Shown here in pieces: positions 8,776 through 19,689 of a stretch of DNA of 64,000 nt. The translations under genes and the position numbers were made by a program. Where the stretch lies: positions 1 through 64,000 of the IMG/VR virus record IMGVR_UViG_3300017917_003822; one strand, given 5' to 3'. The first letter of the stretch is position 1, and each line of letters starts with the position of its first letter. The notes beneath the pieces are model-generated. The model had not been told where the DNA came from, did no database searches, and was given only the letters and a program-made list of their open reading frames with translations.

Positions 8776-11265
8776 ATGAATTTTTACCCAGAAGATAAAT
8801 TTCCTAAGAAAGGAACATCAGTTAAAAACGGGAACGGCGAACAGTATGATTTGTCGGATCCTAGATATAACTATCATGACGGTCTACAGAACACATCCAA
8901 GATAAAGGAATCGTCTACCGATAATATCTACTCCACTCCGGGTGCTGCTGAAGCAAGATCCCAACAAATAGGTTGTGGTGGATATCACGAGGTTGTTATT
9001 GACGGGAACACTTATTATAAACCTTGTTCGTCACCTTCTTATTACGAAACTAGAATGGAGCAACTGGAAAGTGCTCTTAATTTTACGTATATTGGTAGCT
9101 ATAGGGTACTAAGTTGGGATAAGCCATTTGAATATGTTACTAAGTTTAAAGGGTGGATAATAGATGCCCTAAATAGCAATAACACAGGGTCCAGACTGGA
9201 TGCCAACGACATAGCCATAGATTTCAGATATAGCATAGATGGAAAAACTTGGTCTCTTTGGACAAATGTTGGTACTGCTCTTGGTGGTCTTACCAATGAA
9301 TTCTCTGATATTTTTGAAATTGATCTTGATCCCTCCAACAAATTCTATCCCGAATTTAGATTTACATCGGTCCTGATCAATGATGACGGTACAATAATTT
9401 ATAACACCAATGAACCCATAGATCCTTCAATAGTCATAGTAAGCTTTGAACTTGATTTAGATTATGCGCCAGCACCTGAGGTTGTTATTTATAAACCAGC
9501 CCCGATATGTTCTAATGAGATATCAAATAGACCCGTAGTTTTCTCTGATTGTAAATTTACATTTAATCCCTATGCTGTAAATAGAGCTTTGAATTTATAT
9601 CAGGATCTAAGTTTGATGGTTAATAATATCTTCGGATTAGAAGCAAATTATTACTCAGTTCAACCACAAGCTAGAGGAAAGGATGTTATATTAAGAGAAT
9701 ATACGATTTTTAATGTAGTTGATGAGAAATGTGTAAAAGTTCTTGTCCCACAAAATCAGTTTCCTGACAATAAGATCAACTTCGATCCTTTTGGACTTCA
9801 ATTCGAGGAACCTTTTGAAATTCAGATTGATAAGAAGTATTTCGAGGGTATTTTTGGTAAAGGTTCTCAACCAAGAAAAAGAGACATTTTATACTTCCCG
9901 CTAACAAATAGAATCTATGAAATAAATTCAACTTATTTATTTAGAGATTTTATGAACGCTCCGGTTTATTTTAAAATCGAGCTTAAAAAATACAGTCCAA
10001 AAAGTAACACGTATTTTCAAGATCCAGCTTATAAAGAGGAGCTTGATGGCATTACTCTGACGACCGAGAGTCTATTTGGTGAGGAGACAAAAGCGGAAGA
10101 ACTTAAAGTTTCCAAACCTCAGCAATATGCAACTACAATAACCCAGATGTCTCAGGATCCTATTAGATCCTATGTTTATAAGGACCTTGCCATAATAGGT
10201 TATGATTTAAATAACAATTGGACTATAGTTCTGAATAATTATTATGACCTATCGGATGCTTTTGCTGACAATTCTGAATTTGGTTACGATCCGAGGAGGT
10301 ATAGAAATGCTATTAGATATAAAGTTTTACCTGAACTTGGTTCTAAGGGTGAATTAGCCTACACCTGCTGGTTTAGTTTGAGAGATTATTATGATAATCA
10401 GCAGATGTTAAAAAGACCATATCCCATATTGAATCTTACTCTAGAATCGTTTGATTCGGAACATCTTCACTTTAATAGTTATCCGAAAAGACATAGATTG
10501 TCACAGTGGGAATCTTATGCTTCAAATCCTGAAGGATATGTCTCTATACAGGGTGACAAGTTGCATTCTGGTGGGTATGAAGTTTTAGGTGTTATTGACG
10601 AGTATAGATTCATAGTTAAAAATAACTCAATGAATTTTGCTGAAGGTACGATCATCTGGAAAATGCAGAAGGCTCAAAGTAGAAATCTGATAAGTGGTCT
10701 GTATGAATCCGAAGATGGAGACATTAAGGGAATTAGAATAGATCTGATACACTCGGGGGTTACTGATGAATCTACAAATCCATTTCTTGGACAGGGAAGT
10801 TTAGTTATTAGACTCAATGATAAAATCATAAACTCACCGATTCAATTTACACCAGAGTATGGAAGCTGGTATGGTGTAGTAATAAACGTTTCAAATGTAT
10901 ATAAGCAAATAGCAGCCAATATTTGGGAGATGTCATATGATCCAACTAATCCTAACGATCAGTCGAGTAAACTTAATAAGGTTCACGAGGAAGTTAGAAT
11001 GTTTACAGATCCGATAACATTTAAAGCACCTTCTGATGTTGTTAGTGATACTGCCAGTCCTTATTATGGAACTGATAATAACTCTTATAAGATATACACT
11101 GGACCTATATACTTGAGTAATGTTAGATTATTCAAAAATATGATAGATATAGACAATCAATCAATAGTTCTGAACCAAAACATAGTGAGAGATGCACAGC
11201 TCGCTCACATTATTGACAACGCCAAGCCTCTATTAAACATGCCTAAGTTTGCAAGAAATAGATAA
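8776..11265 (+). CDS. Enlarged neck/head-closure protein (T4 gp14-like core)
   Basis: Central FGLQFEEPFEIQIDKKYF...PRKRDILYFPLTNRIYEI resembles gp14; lies upstream of the terminase genes. Confidence 0.6.
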   Translation: MNFYPEDKFPKKGTSVKNGNGEQYDLSDPRYNYHDGLQNTSKIKESSTDNIYSTPGAAEARSQQIGCGGYHEVVIDGNTYYKPCSSPSYYETRMEQLESALNFTYIGSYRVLSWDKPFEYVTKFKGWIIDALNSNNTGSRLDANDIAIDFRYSIDGKTWSLWTNVGTALGGLTNEFSDIFEIDLDPSNKFYPEFRFTSVLINDDGTIIYNTNEPIDPSIVIVSFELDLDYAPAPEVVIYKPAPICSNEISNRPVVFSDCKFTFNPYAVNRALNLYQDLSLMVNNIFGLEANYYSVQPQARGKDVILREYTIFNVVDEKCVKVLVPQNQFPDNKINFDPFGLQFEEPFEIQIDKKYFEGIFGKGSQPRKRDILYFPLTNRIYEINSTYLFRDFMNAPVYFKIELKKYSPKSNTYFQDPAYKEELDGITLTTESLFGEETKAEELKVSKPQQYATTITQMSQDPIRSYVYKDLAIIGYDLNNNWTIVLNNYYDLSDAFADNSEFGYDPRRYRNAIRYKVLPELGSKGELAYTCWFSLRDYYDNQQMLKRPYPILNLTLESFDSEHLHFNSYPKRHRLSQWESYASNPEGYVSIQGDKLHSGGYEVLGVIDEYRFIVKNNSMNFAEGTIIWKMQKAQSRNLISGLYESEDGDIKGIRIDLIHSGVTDESTNPFLGQGSLVIRLNDKIINSPIQFTPEYGSWYGVVINVSNVYKQIAANIWEMSYDPTNPNDQSSKLNKVHEEVRMFTDPITFKAPSDVVSDTASPYYGTDNNSYKIYTGPIYLSNVRLFKNMIDIDNQSIVLNQNIVRDAQLAHIIDNAKPLLNMPKFARNR

Positions 11266-11268
11266 AAT

Positions 11269-12051
11269 ATGCCAAGAAGAAAACCAAAACCAGAAAAAGT
11301 AGTACAGGAAAAAATCAAGGAAAGCTTAGATTCCATTATTATGGAGGAAGCTTTAGATAGTATTTTACCTAATACTGATGAATTACCGAGAATAAAAACA
11401 ACAGAAATGATGGATTTTGCGGGCGAAAAGTCTACAGCTTTATCAGAGGCTAAAGCACTATTAGATTCCATTACTAAGTTTTATGTTGATCTCGATCAAT
11501 CTGAATCACATGTCGAATTTAAGAAGAAAGCAGATACTCTAAATCTTTCTGCCATGATGTTTCAGCTAAAATCTGCTCAACATGCAATCACCAAGATACT
11601 TGAGGAAATAGATCTAGGTAATATGCACCCAAGATTATTTGAAGTTCTTGCACAGCTGCAATCCCAGATAATGCAAATGCCTAAAGATTATCAGGCTTAT
11701 TTGGAAAAAATGGAACAGAACTATAAAAAAACCAAGATGGAAATCGAGGAAAAAAGACACGCTGGTGGTATGGTTTTAGATCACGTTCAGACCCAGGATG
11801 GAACTTATATAGCATCACAATCCCAATCCGAAGGAGGATTAAGATCTAGAGGAACGAGAGGAATAATGGAGGGATTAAGAGATATAATCGGTTCTGAAAT
11901 AGTTGACGTTAAACCTGAGGTGATAGATCCTAATGCGGTTGTGAATGCTAGAGAAAAGAAAATAATAGATGCACAAAATCCAATGAGACAGGATCCAGAT
12001 ACACACGAAGATCTGGATGAGTTTGAAATTGAGGATGATATACTAGAATAA
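11269..12051 (+). CDS. Probable terminase small subunit
   Basis: Helical protein with a HPRLFEVLAQL motif, immediately upstream of TerL. Confidence 0.55.
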   Translation: MPRRKPKPEKVVQEKIKESLDSIIMEEALDSILPNTDELPRIKTTEMMDFAGEKSTALSEAKALLDSITKFYVDLDQSESHVEFKKKADTLNLSAMMFQLKSAQHAITKILEEIDLGNMHPRLFEVLAQLQSQIMQMPKDYQAYLEKMEQNYKKTKMEIEEKRHAGGMVLDHVQTQDGTYIASQSQSEGGLRSRGTRGIMEGLRDIIGSEIVDVKPEVIDPNAVVNAREKKIIDAQNPMRQDPDTHEDLDEFEIEDDILE

Positions 12052-12052
12052 C

Positions 12053-13876
12053 ATGGAGGATATATTAGAAAATGGCGTCCAACAGGAAACTAGTTATTGG
12101 ACGACTGCCAGGATAGACGAACTTTTAAGAAGAGTTGATGAAGAGGGCTTGGATTATAAAAGCGTGGAAAATCCCTTTCATGACAATAACCCAGAACTTA
12201 AGAGAGCAAACGTTCTTTGGGAGTATACAAAGGAGGAAATCCTTGAGATGAAGAAATGTGCAGAGGACGTTACTTATTTTGCTAAATATTGTAAGGTAAT
12301 GACGGACACTGGATTGGAATACATTAGGCTTCGTGATTATCAGGAGTCGGTTCTGCGGGAATATCAAGGAAGTAGATTTAACATCTTCTTGGCTCCAAGA
12401 CAGGTTGGTAAATCCATTACCTCTTCCATAATTCTTGTCTGGTATCTTCTTTTTAACCACGATAAGAACGCTATGATTCTGGCAAACGTAGGGGATACTG
12501 CGGAAGAATTGATGGATAAGATTAAGTCTATCATAAAAGGTCTTCCATTCTTCTTAAAACCTGGTATAATGGTCAATAACGTGATGTCCATGAGGTTTGA
12601 TAATGGATGTAGAGTTTTAGCAAAAACAACAACTAAAACTTCCGGTATTGGTTTTACCATACATTTTCTATATATGGACGAGTTTGCCCATATTAACCCC
12701 AACTTTATAGAGGCTTTCTTTAGATCAACATACCCAACGGTCTCCTCCTCTAAAGTTTCTCGAATCATAATCACATCCACTCCCAACGGGATGAATAAGT
12801 TCTATGAAATTTATCAGGGAGCACTGGACGGTGAAAATAGTTTTAATCCAATTAGGGTTGACTGGTGGCAAGTTCCCGGAAGAGACGAAGCTTGGAAACA
12901 GAAAGAAATAGGTAACCTTGGTAGTGAGGAATTATTCAATCAAGAATATGGAAATCAGTTTTTAAGTTCGTCCAGTCTTTTACTTGGATCTAGTGAACTT
13001 AAGAAGATAAGGAGAAATGAGGTTGAGTATACATGGAGGGAAATTGGATGCCTTCATGATAATAATATAAATTATGAAAATCTAATTTGGCATCCCAAAT
13101 TTGATCTTGATAAATGTGATTCGCCGGGTAAAAAATTCGTTCTTTCGATAGATCTTAGTGCTGGAGGGAAGGGAGATTTTACAGTTATTAATATATTTAA
13201 AGTTACACCTCTACCAAGAGCTGTTATTGAGAGGATAGATGATTATGAGGACGAGGCAGACTTCTTTGGACTTGTGCAGATCGGAGTTTTTAGAGACAAC
13301 GAGATTAAGCTCGAGGAGTTTACTAAATTAGTACAATTACTGTGTAGTGATCTTTTCACCGTCGACAGAGTTAAAATAGCCTTGGAGATGAATTTTAAAG
13401 GAGAGCTACTTTATGATAAATTAACATCTAGGGATGATTTTTATGACGAGATGTTTTTATTTACCAAACACAGCGAAAGTGCTAGAGTTCTAAAACCTGG
13501 AATAAAGTACAATGAAAAAAATAAGATGAAATACTGCGAAGTTCTAAGAAGTCTTATTAAGGAGGATCGTATATTAGTAAATGAAAAAAAATGGACTATA
13601 CCTGAGCTTTTCACTTTCGGTTTAAATTCTAGAGGTACGTATTCAAGTCAGAGCGGTCATGATGATGTTGCAATGACACTTGTCAACCTTCCTGGTTTAT
13701 TTGATGGCTATGATTTCAACCAGATGGTAGGGGACGTTTTCGATGAACTGGAGGATAACTCATACAAGGACACTATTATTAGAAAAATAGAGGGCGGACA
13801 GGTATTCGATGAAAATCACAGAGGTCCTAGCACCAAGGACGGAAGAAGCTATGGTGATTTCAGTAAATTGATGTAA
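12053..13876 (+). CDS. gp17: Terminase large subunit (T4 gp17-like)
   Basis: LRDYQ adenine motif, APRQVGKS Walker A, LYMDEFA Walker B, ITSTPNG, nuclease IDLS...GHDD. Confidence 0.97.
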   Translation: MEDILENGVQQETSYWTTARIDELLRRVDEEGLDYKSVENPFHDNNPELKRANVLWEYTKEEILEMKKCAEDVTYFAKYCKVMTDTGLEYIRLRDYQESVLREYQGSRFNIFLAPRQVGKSITSSIILVWYLLFNHDKNAMILANVGDTAEELMDKIKSIIKGLPFFLKPGIMVNNVMSMRFDNGCRVLAKTTTKTSGIGFTIHFLYMDEFAHINPNFIEAFFRSTYPTVSSSKVSRIIITSTPNGMNKFYEIYQGALDGENSFNPIRVDWWQVPGRDEAWKQKEIGNLGSEELFNQEYGNQFLSSSSLLLGSSELKKIRRNEVEYTWREIGCLHDNNINYENLIWHPKFDLDKCDSPGKKFVLSIDLSAGGKGDFTVINIFKVTPLPRAVIERIDDYEDEADFFGLVQIGVFRDNEIKLEEFTKLVQLLCSDLFTVDRVKIALEMNFKGELLYDKLTSRDDFYDEMFLFTKHSESARVLKPGIKYNEKNKMKYCEVLRSLIKEDRILVNEKKWTIPELFTFGLNSRGTYSSQSGHDDVAMTLVNLPGLFDGYDFNQMVGDVFDELEDNSYKDTIIRKIEGGQVFDENHRGPSTKDGRSYGDFSKLM

Positions 13877-13923
13877 TAAGTACCTTTTAACAGAGCCTCA
13901 CCAATAATTCTTGTTTCTTTTTT

Positions 13924-13931
13924 GATATATA
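13924..13931 (+). promoter_or_regulatory. Late promoter motif GATATATA (tail sheath)
   Basis: Intergenic exact copy. Confidence 0.75.
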
Positions 13932-13960
13932 GTCTAGAAGCAAAAATATCTTGAAAAATA

Positions 13961-16900
13961 ATGGCAAATAAGGTAAAAATAGACTACTCACAGTTTAGAG
14001 CATCTGGAGTTTATACGTTAGAATTTGACGCATCACAAAATGTTATTCTAACATCTCAAACTATCAGATTGGTTGTAGGTTTCTCTAATAGGGGGCCTTT
14101 CAACACTCCGGTCTATATCCCAGACGTAACAACTCTTATATCTATTTTTGGTGACATAGACAGATCACTAGAAAATAAAGGATCTTTCTTTCAGAGATCA
14201 ATCTTAACTTGTTTAAATACTGGTCCAGTCTTTGCATTAAATCTATTAAGATTAAATGACGACGAAGAATCTGCTGATCCAGATAGAGTTACGTATCAAT
14301 CATATTCTGTTGATACAGAGGAAGCTAACGGTGTTGTAACAAACAGACTTTATTCCTCGTATTATAACAAGGAAAGATTTTGGTTCGCTGACCCGAACTA
14401 CTTCCTTGCAACATTAAGCGTTGCTGATCAGGGTAAACTTTTCAATTTAACAAACCTTGGAAAATCCCCTATGAGTATAATTGTTAGAAAGTCTACGGAT
14501 TCTTCTAGACCACTCAGAGGTTATGATATTTTCGCAATTGACTGGTATGGCGCTGATAATGTGCCAAGTTTTATGCATCCTTACGACTACATCTCTGATT
14601 ATTTCATAGATGTTATTGCTGTTTTTGGAGATTGGACTAATTATCAGGCTCTTGCAATAGATCCTAAATGGAGCACGTATTTCACGAATAACGGGTTTAT
14701 CAAGAGTAGAATAGATCAATTCTTAGCAGATCCTGACGTTTCTATAGTTACTTCCGTGACCGGATGTATAATTCCAGATTTTGTCGATCTTAATGGAGTC
14801 AATCAGTATATCCAGACTCTTATTAATAACGGAACCCCTTCAACAGGACTATTCTGTGCTATTGACGAACAAGCATTTGATGATATTTGTCAGAATCCTT
14901 CCAAGATAGATTTGGTTGGTAACCATTTAATTGACGAACTATCAGGCGATAGGGACTTAGCTACCCCGAGAATTAACTTCCTAAGTTATGACCAGGTTTT
15001 AGTAGCTGATTATTTATATTCACAAAACGTTGTTGGTGTTACTGGAGCTACTGGATTTAACAGTGCAACCGGAGCAACCGTTTACACTACTGGAGCTAAA
15101 GTTGGTACACTTTTCACATTAACTGGCTCTGCTGGTACAACAGCAGGGGTTGCTTATCAGTCTTTTGAGGCTTATAATCCTAATGCTTATGATGGAGGTT
15201 TACATTATCTTCAAACATCTGGAACTTATGGTACAACTGCTGGTTATATGCAGAATACAGCGGATGTAAATGAGCTTAAAACTTTCCTAAGTGTTACTTC
15301 TTCTGATGATCAGAAATTCATACTAGGTGTGGTTTCTGGATACACCGGAGGATTAACCGGATCTTTAATAAACCAATTTGCTGAAGCTGATATAGTTAAA
15401 CTTAAAGTAACTGGTACTAGAGAGATTGGTGGAGCGCTTAGAATTTTCTTCACCCACCCATTAGATACCTCTTTTTATAGATCTCAGGGTATAACTGTTA
15501 CTCCTACCTACAATTTAACATCTTACAATACTGGTGCTTCCGGAAGTAATCAACCTTTCTATACCGATTCTTATCAATTTGGTAACTCTGACTATCTGGA
15601 TATAACAAGTGTTTCTACACCTAATGGCGTTACTGGTCCAGGTGCTCCTCTTGGAGTTTCCAATGTTATAGTTGCTTATAATGCTTCGGATTTATATCAG
15701 GATAATAAATATTCAGAAATAAATGACGGTGATCTTGCATGGACGGATTCAACAGGAACTCAAGTTAGATACCTAGGATTCGAAGAAACTGTAGATAGAG
15801 ATCAATTCAATCTTGTTTACACTAGGGCTTTCAGTAATGTTGATAGAGATGATGCTACAATCACAAACATACCTGCTTTTGGTACAACCTATGCTTCCGA
15901 TAATATTGGTTATCCGGTAGATGCACAAAACTTTGATATAGTATCACAAGAAGGATCAATTAATCAATTTGTAGATTGTACAAGAATAGATGTTACTACA
16001 TTCACTGTTGGTCTTGATTCGAACGGTAATGTTCCTTTCTCTGTAGGTGATTTGGTAGTTTCGACTGATCTTGATATTTGCGATCCTGCAACAGGAAACA
16101 GACAAAACAGATTGGCTAAAATAACTTCTGTGTCTAGAACAACAACAGCTGGTTTATATAGAGTAGTCTCAGCTAGACCTGTACTTTACTATTCGACCGC
16201 TAATGGAGTTAGAGTTCAGAAATTCCTATCTATTGCTCAATTTACAAGATCATTCGATTTCACTTATCTTTCAGGATTTACCATGACTGATTGGCATAGA
16301 CCTAACGGAAGTGATGCTAGAATATCTGAGATTTTAGATGTTATGTACAATACAAACGTAGCTAAAACATTAGCTTCTAAGGATGTTATTTCCTTCAGAT
16401 ATATTGTAGATACGTTCTCTGGACAGATTTTACCTAATTCTAAATATCAGCTTAGTAGACTTGCTAAATTAAGACAACAAGCACTTGCTATAATAAATGC
16501 ACCTTCGATGGCTCAATTTAGAAGTAGCACTGATCCTAGATTTACTGATGCACCAACAGCATCTAATCCATATCCTAAGTTAAATACAGCTTATATAGCT
16601 GAAGGAGGTAATTTATCTCTTAATCCTTCATACACATTCAGCTTACCTACTGAAGAAGATGGATCTAAATTCTGTGGATTCTATTCACCTTATATTACGG
16701 TTAGAGAATCAAACAGAAATATAGACGTTCCTCCGGCAGCTTACGTTTCTAATAACTTTTTAAGAAAATTTGCTAACGGAGAACCTTATGCAATCATCGC
16801 TGGACAGAAAAGAGGGGTAATAAGCGGATCTAATGTAGTTGGTGTTGAATACGACTTCACCGATGAGGACAGAGGAAATTTAGAACCTTTCGGAATAAAT

Positions 16901-17314
16901 CCTATTATAAAGAGAAGAGGAGTTGGTGTGGTTATATTTGGTAACCAAACTGCTTATCAGCAAGTTAACTCAGCATTCAATCTAGTTCACGTAAGAGACC
17001 TTTTAATTAGTATAGAAAGCGACGTACAGGAGATTTTATCTAATTATCTATTTGATTTCAATGACGACTCGATCAGACTTGAAATTAAAACTCTAGTTGA
17101 TAACTATTTAGATGGTGTAAGAGCAGGAGGTGGTATTTATGCTTACCAGACTATTATGGATGCATCTAACAATACTCCAGCTATTATAGATATGAATATG
17201 GGTATAATCGACGTTATCATCGAACCTGCTAGAGGAATCCAGAAATTCATCAATAGAATCACTGTTACTAGAACAGGTGGAATCGCAGCGGGTGGATTTG
17301 TACAGTTTGTATAA
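13961..17314 (+). CDS. gp18: Tail sheath protein with a large G/T/S-rich insertion
   Basis: SGVYTLEFD, GPFNTPV, PPAAYV, INPI...VIFGNQT, VRDLLI, NNTPAIID. Confidence 0.95.
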   Translation: MANKVKIDYSQFRASGVYTLEFDASQNVILTSQTIRLVVGFSNRGPFNTPVYIPDVTTLISIFGDIDRSLENKGSFFQRSILTCLNTGPVFALNLLRLNDDEESADPDRVTYQSYSVDTEEANGVVTNRLYSSYYNKERFWFADPNYFLATLSVADQGKLFNLTNLGKSPMSIIVRKSTDSSRPLRGYDIFAIDWYGADNVPSFMHPYDYISDYFIDVIAVFGDWTNYQALAIDPKWSTYFTNNGFIKSRIDQFLADPDVSIVTSVTGCIIPDFVDLNGVNQYIQTLINNGTPSTGLFCAIDEQAFDDICQNPSKIDLVGNHLIDELSGDRDLATPRINFLSYDQVLVADYLYSQNVVGVTGATGFNSATGATVYTTGAKVGTLFTLTGSAGTTAGVAYQSFEAYNPNAYDGGLHYLQTSGTYGTTAGYMQNTADVNELKTFLSVTSSDDQKFILGVVSGYTGGLTGSLINQFAEADIVKLKVTGTREIGGALRIFFTHPLDTSFYRSQGITVTPTYNLTSYNTGASGSNQPFYTDSYQFGNSDYLDITSVSTPNGVTGPGAPLGVSNVIVAYNASDLYQDNKYSEINDGDLAWTDSTGTQVRYLGFEETVDRDQFNLVYTRAFSNVDRDDATITNIPAFGTTYASDNIGYPVDAQNFDIVSQEGSINQFVDCTRIDVTTFTVGLDSNGNVPFSVGDLVVSTDLDICDPATGNRQNRLAKITSVSRTTTAGLYRVVSARPVLYYSTANGVRVQKFLSIAQFTRSFDFTYLSGFTMTDWHRPNGSDARISEILDVMYNTNVAKTLASKDVISFRYIVDTFSGQILPNSKYQLSRLAKLRQQALAIINAPSMAQFRSSTDPRFTDAPTASNPYPKLNTAYIAEGGNLSLNPSYTFSLPTEEDGSKFCGFYSPYITVRESNRNIDVPPAAYVSNNFLRKFANGEPYAIIAGQKRGVISGSNVVGVEYDFTDEDRGNLEPFGINPIIKRRGVGVVIFGNQTAYQQVNSAFNLVHVRDLLISIESDVQEILSNYLFDFNDDSIRLEIKTLVDNYLDGVRAGGGIYAYQTIMDASNNTPAIIDMNMGIIDVIIEPARGIQKFINRITVTRTGGIAAGGFVQFV

Positions 17315-17359
17315 TTAATATTAGATGATTTCGGAGATAAAAGATAAATATAACTAACT

Positions 17360-17914
17360 ATGGCAGGACTATCACATTTTCAAAATTCACTTTCAGCTAT
17401 AAACAAATTTGAACCTGTTTATCTGAACCAGTTCGAGGTAACAATTATACCTCCTGCTGCTGTTGCTGGTGGTGAAATATTACTCCAACATGTTAGCAAA
17501 GTTAGTGGACTTTCTTTGGATAAAAATCCTGGTGTTACTAGCCAGAAATATAAGTTCGCTAAAAGGAACTATGCGGGAGCTAAGCCAGAAAACACTTTTA
17601 TGGATGTGAGTATAAGCTTTAGCGTCAATTTAAATGATGCTAATTCGATGTATGTCTTTAAAACATTGAGACAATGGTCTGATTTAATTTACAATCCATT
17701 AACCGGTGCAATGGGTCTTAAAAATGATTATACGGGTACTATTGTTATCTCGATATTTAATAAACAGGGAGATGTTTTTAGAAGAATAACATGTAGAGAT
17801 TGCTTCCCGACAAAACCTATTTCACCAATGAATCTGAACTATACATCTACGGATCTGTATAAAATAGATGATATGACTTGGGCGGTTGATTACTGGGAAG
17901 ATTTATTCCTATAA
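17360..17914 (+). CDS. gp19: Tail tube protein, copy 1 (gp19-like)
   Basis: Follows the sheath gene; NQFEV, RQWSDLIYNP, CFP, DYW. Confidence 0.85.
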   Translation: MAGLSHFQNSLSAINKFEPVYLNQFEVTIIPPAAVAGGEILLQHVSKVSGLSLDKNPGVTSQKYKFAKRNYAGAKPENTFMDVSISFSVNLNDANSMYVFKTLRQWSDLIYNPLTGAMGLKNDYTGTIVISIFNKQGDVFRRITCRDCFPTKPISPMNLNYTSTDLYKIDDMTWAVDYWEDLFL

Positions 17915-17929
17915 AATAAGAAAAAATAA

Positions 17930-18505
17930 ATGGCAGGATTACCACATTTTACAAATTCTAGAGCTGCAATAAGCAATTTCGAACCAGTTTATTTAAACCA
18001 ATTTGAGGTTCTAATAAATCCTCCAGCTGGTATAGTTGATGCTTCCACAACCTTTAATGGCGAAGGAATATTAGCTCAGCAAGTTAAATCTATAACAGGA
18101 TTGGCTGTAGATATTGCACCTGCTCAGACTATTAATCAGAATTATAAATTTGCTACCAGACGATATGCTGGTGGTGAGCCTTCTCAGAGTGATATGACTC
18201 TGACCATGGAGTTTGAAGTCAATTTAAACGATGCAAATTCGATGACCGTTTATAAAATTCTTAGACAATGGTCAGATTTAATCTATAATCCACTTACCGG
18301 TGCTATGGGTATAAAATCTGATTATGTTGGTTCTATGTCTATATCTATTTTTAACAAGAGAGGTGACGTTTTCAGAAGAATTAGAATACCTTCGTGTTTT
18401 TTAAGTGAAGCGATAAACCCGATGGAACTTGATTATGAACAAGCAACTATCTATAGCATAACTACAAGCTGGGTGTGTGACTATTGGGAAGATTTATTCC
18501 TATAA
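17930..18505 (+). CDS. gp19: Tail tube protein, copy 2 (gp19-like)
   Basis: Clear paralog of 17360..17914 (FEPVYLNQFEV, RQWSDLIYNPLTGAMG, DYWEDLFL). Confidence 0.85.
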   Translation: MAGLPHFTNSRAAISNFEPVYLNQFEVLINPPAGIVDASTTFNGEGILAQQVKSITGLAVDIAPAQTINQNYKFATRRYAGGEPSQSDMTLTMEFEVNLNDANSMTVYKILRQWSDLIYNPLTGAMGIKSDYVGSMSISIFNKRGDVFRRIRIPSCFLSEAINPMELDYEQATIYSITTSWVCDYWEDLFL

Positions 18506-18534
18506 AATTAGTCTATATAAAATACTATAAAAAT

Positions 18535-18559
18535 GAGGTCAATTTTGGCCTCTTTTTTT
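18535..18559 (+). terminator. Intrinsic terminator after the tube genes
   Basis: GAGGTCAA-TT-TTGGCCTC hairpin followed by a T tract. Confidence 0.7.
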
Positions 18560-18594
18560 GTTTTTGGTTATATAATACATAAATAAAAAAAATT

Positions 18595-19689
18595 ATGGAT
18601 AACATATCACCAGAAGAAATTCTAAAGAGAAAAGAAATTGACGGGGGAATCCAGTATGATGACCCAGTTGAGACCGGTCCAGATCCCGGGAAAGATGAAC
18701 CTAACTTAGCAATACAACCGGAGCAATTTAAGAAATCCGAACCAGGTATTGTCTCAGAAACACCGAATTTAAAAATGGAGCAACCAGCTAAAAATATATA
18801 TTCGGAACAACCAGTGAATAGCTTTGGTAAAGCACAATCTGTCTCGCCGGCTTTTGATACTGGATGGAAAAATTTACCTGTTGAAATATTACCTTCGAAG
18901 GGAATGTTTTATCCCGAGGGTACTAAATTAGCAATAAGAGCCGCTGAAGTTAGAGAAATCAGACATTTTTCCACTATTGACGATGACGATAGATTGGATA
19001 TAGAGGATAAGTTAAGCTATATCTTGGATAGATGTTTAAGAATGGATTTTCCTAACGAAGGTGTGGTTTCATATTTGGACCTTAAACAAGAGGACAGGTT
19101 TTTTATAATAATGGCTATTAGGGATCTAACTTTTGTAAAGGGTGAGAATTCAATTATATTACAACTAGATAAGACATGTAGAGAAACTCCTGATTGCCCA
19201 TACAGGGATGGTATAGAATTAAGAACCGGAGTTTTAAGTTCCTATGAGCTTGATAATAAAATATTAGAATATTACAACCCGGAGAGTAGATCCTTTATAT
19301 TTGATGTTAGAAAAATAGGTAAAAAAATAGAAATGTTCATCCCAAGTATCGGAGTAACTAAGGCTATTTCTAAGTTCGTATCCGATATGGCAAAAAAAGG
19401 AACTGATATCGACGAAGGATTTCTTAAGATAGCACCATTCCTTTTTGAAGAATGGAGAGACTTGACTTCCGATAAGATATCACTTAGAATGAGGGAAAGT
19501 GATTATTGGACTAAGGAGGAATATAGCTTATATTTCGAATTGTCAGAAAAAATAAAATTAGGAACTGAGTTAACTGTTAAGCAAAAGTGCGCAGTGTGCG
19601 GTGATGAGGAGGTCACCGCAGGCATCAACTTTCCCAGCGGGATCAGATCTCTTTTCGTTATTTCAGATATCTTTAGAGAACTTCTTTGA
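18595..19689 (+). CDS. Baseplate hub assembly/tail chaperone (T4 gp26-like)
   Basis: LPSKGMFY, DRFFIIMAIRDLTF, two Cys pairs (CRETPDC, CAVC); lies between tube and tape measure genes. Confidence 0.75.
   Translation: MDNISPEEILKRKEIDGGIQYDDPVETGPDPGKDEPNLAIQPEQFKKSEPGIVSETPNLKMEQPAKNIYSEQPVNSFGKAQSVSPAFDTGWKNLPVEILPSKGMFYPEGTKLAIRAAEVREIRHFSTIDDDDRLDIEDKLSYILDRCLRMDFPNEGVVSYLDLKQEDRFFIIMAIRDLTFVKGENSIILQLDKTCRETPDCPYRDGIELRTGVLSSYELDNKILEYYNPESRSFIFDVRKIGKKIEMFIPSIGVTKAISKFVSDMAKKGTDIDEGFLKIAPFLFEEWRDLTSDKISLRMRESDYWTKEEYSLYFELSEKIKLGTELTVKQKCAVCGDEEVTAGINFPSGIRSLFVISDIFRELL

Noticed and set aside
12053-17314. Intein or intron in terminase or in the oversized sheath
   Set aside because: No intein splice motifs, homing endonuclease signature or frame break; the sheath insertion looks like surface domains.
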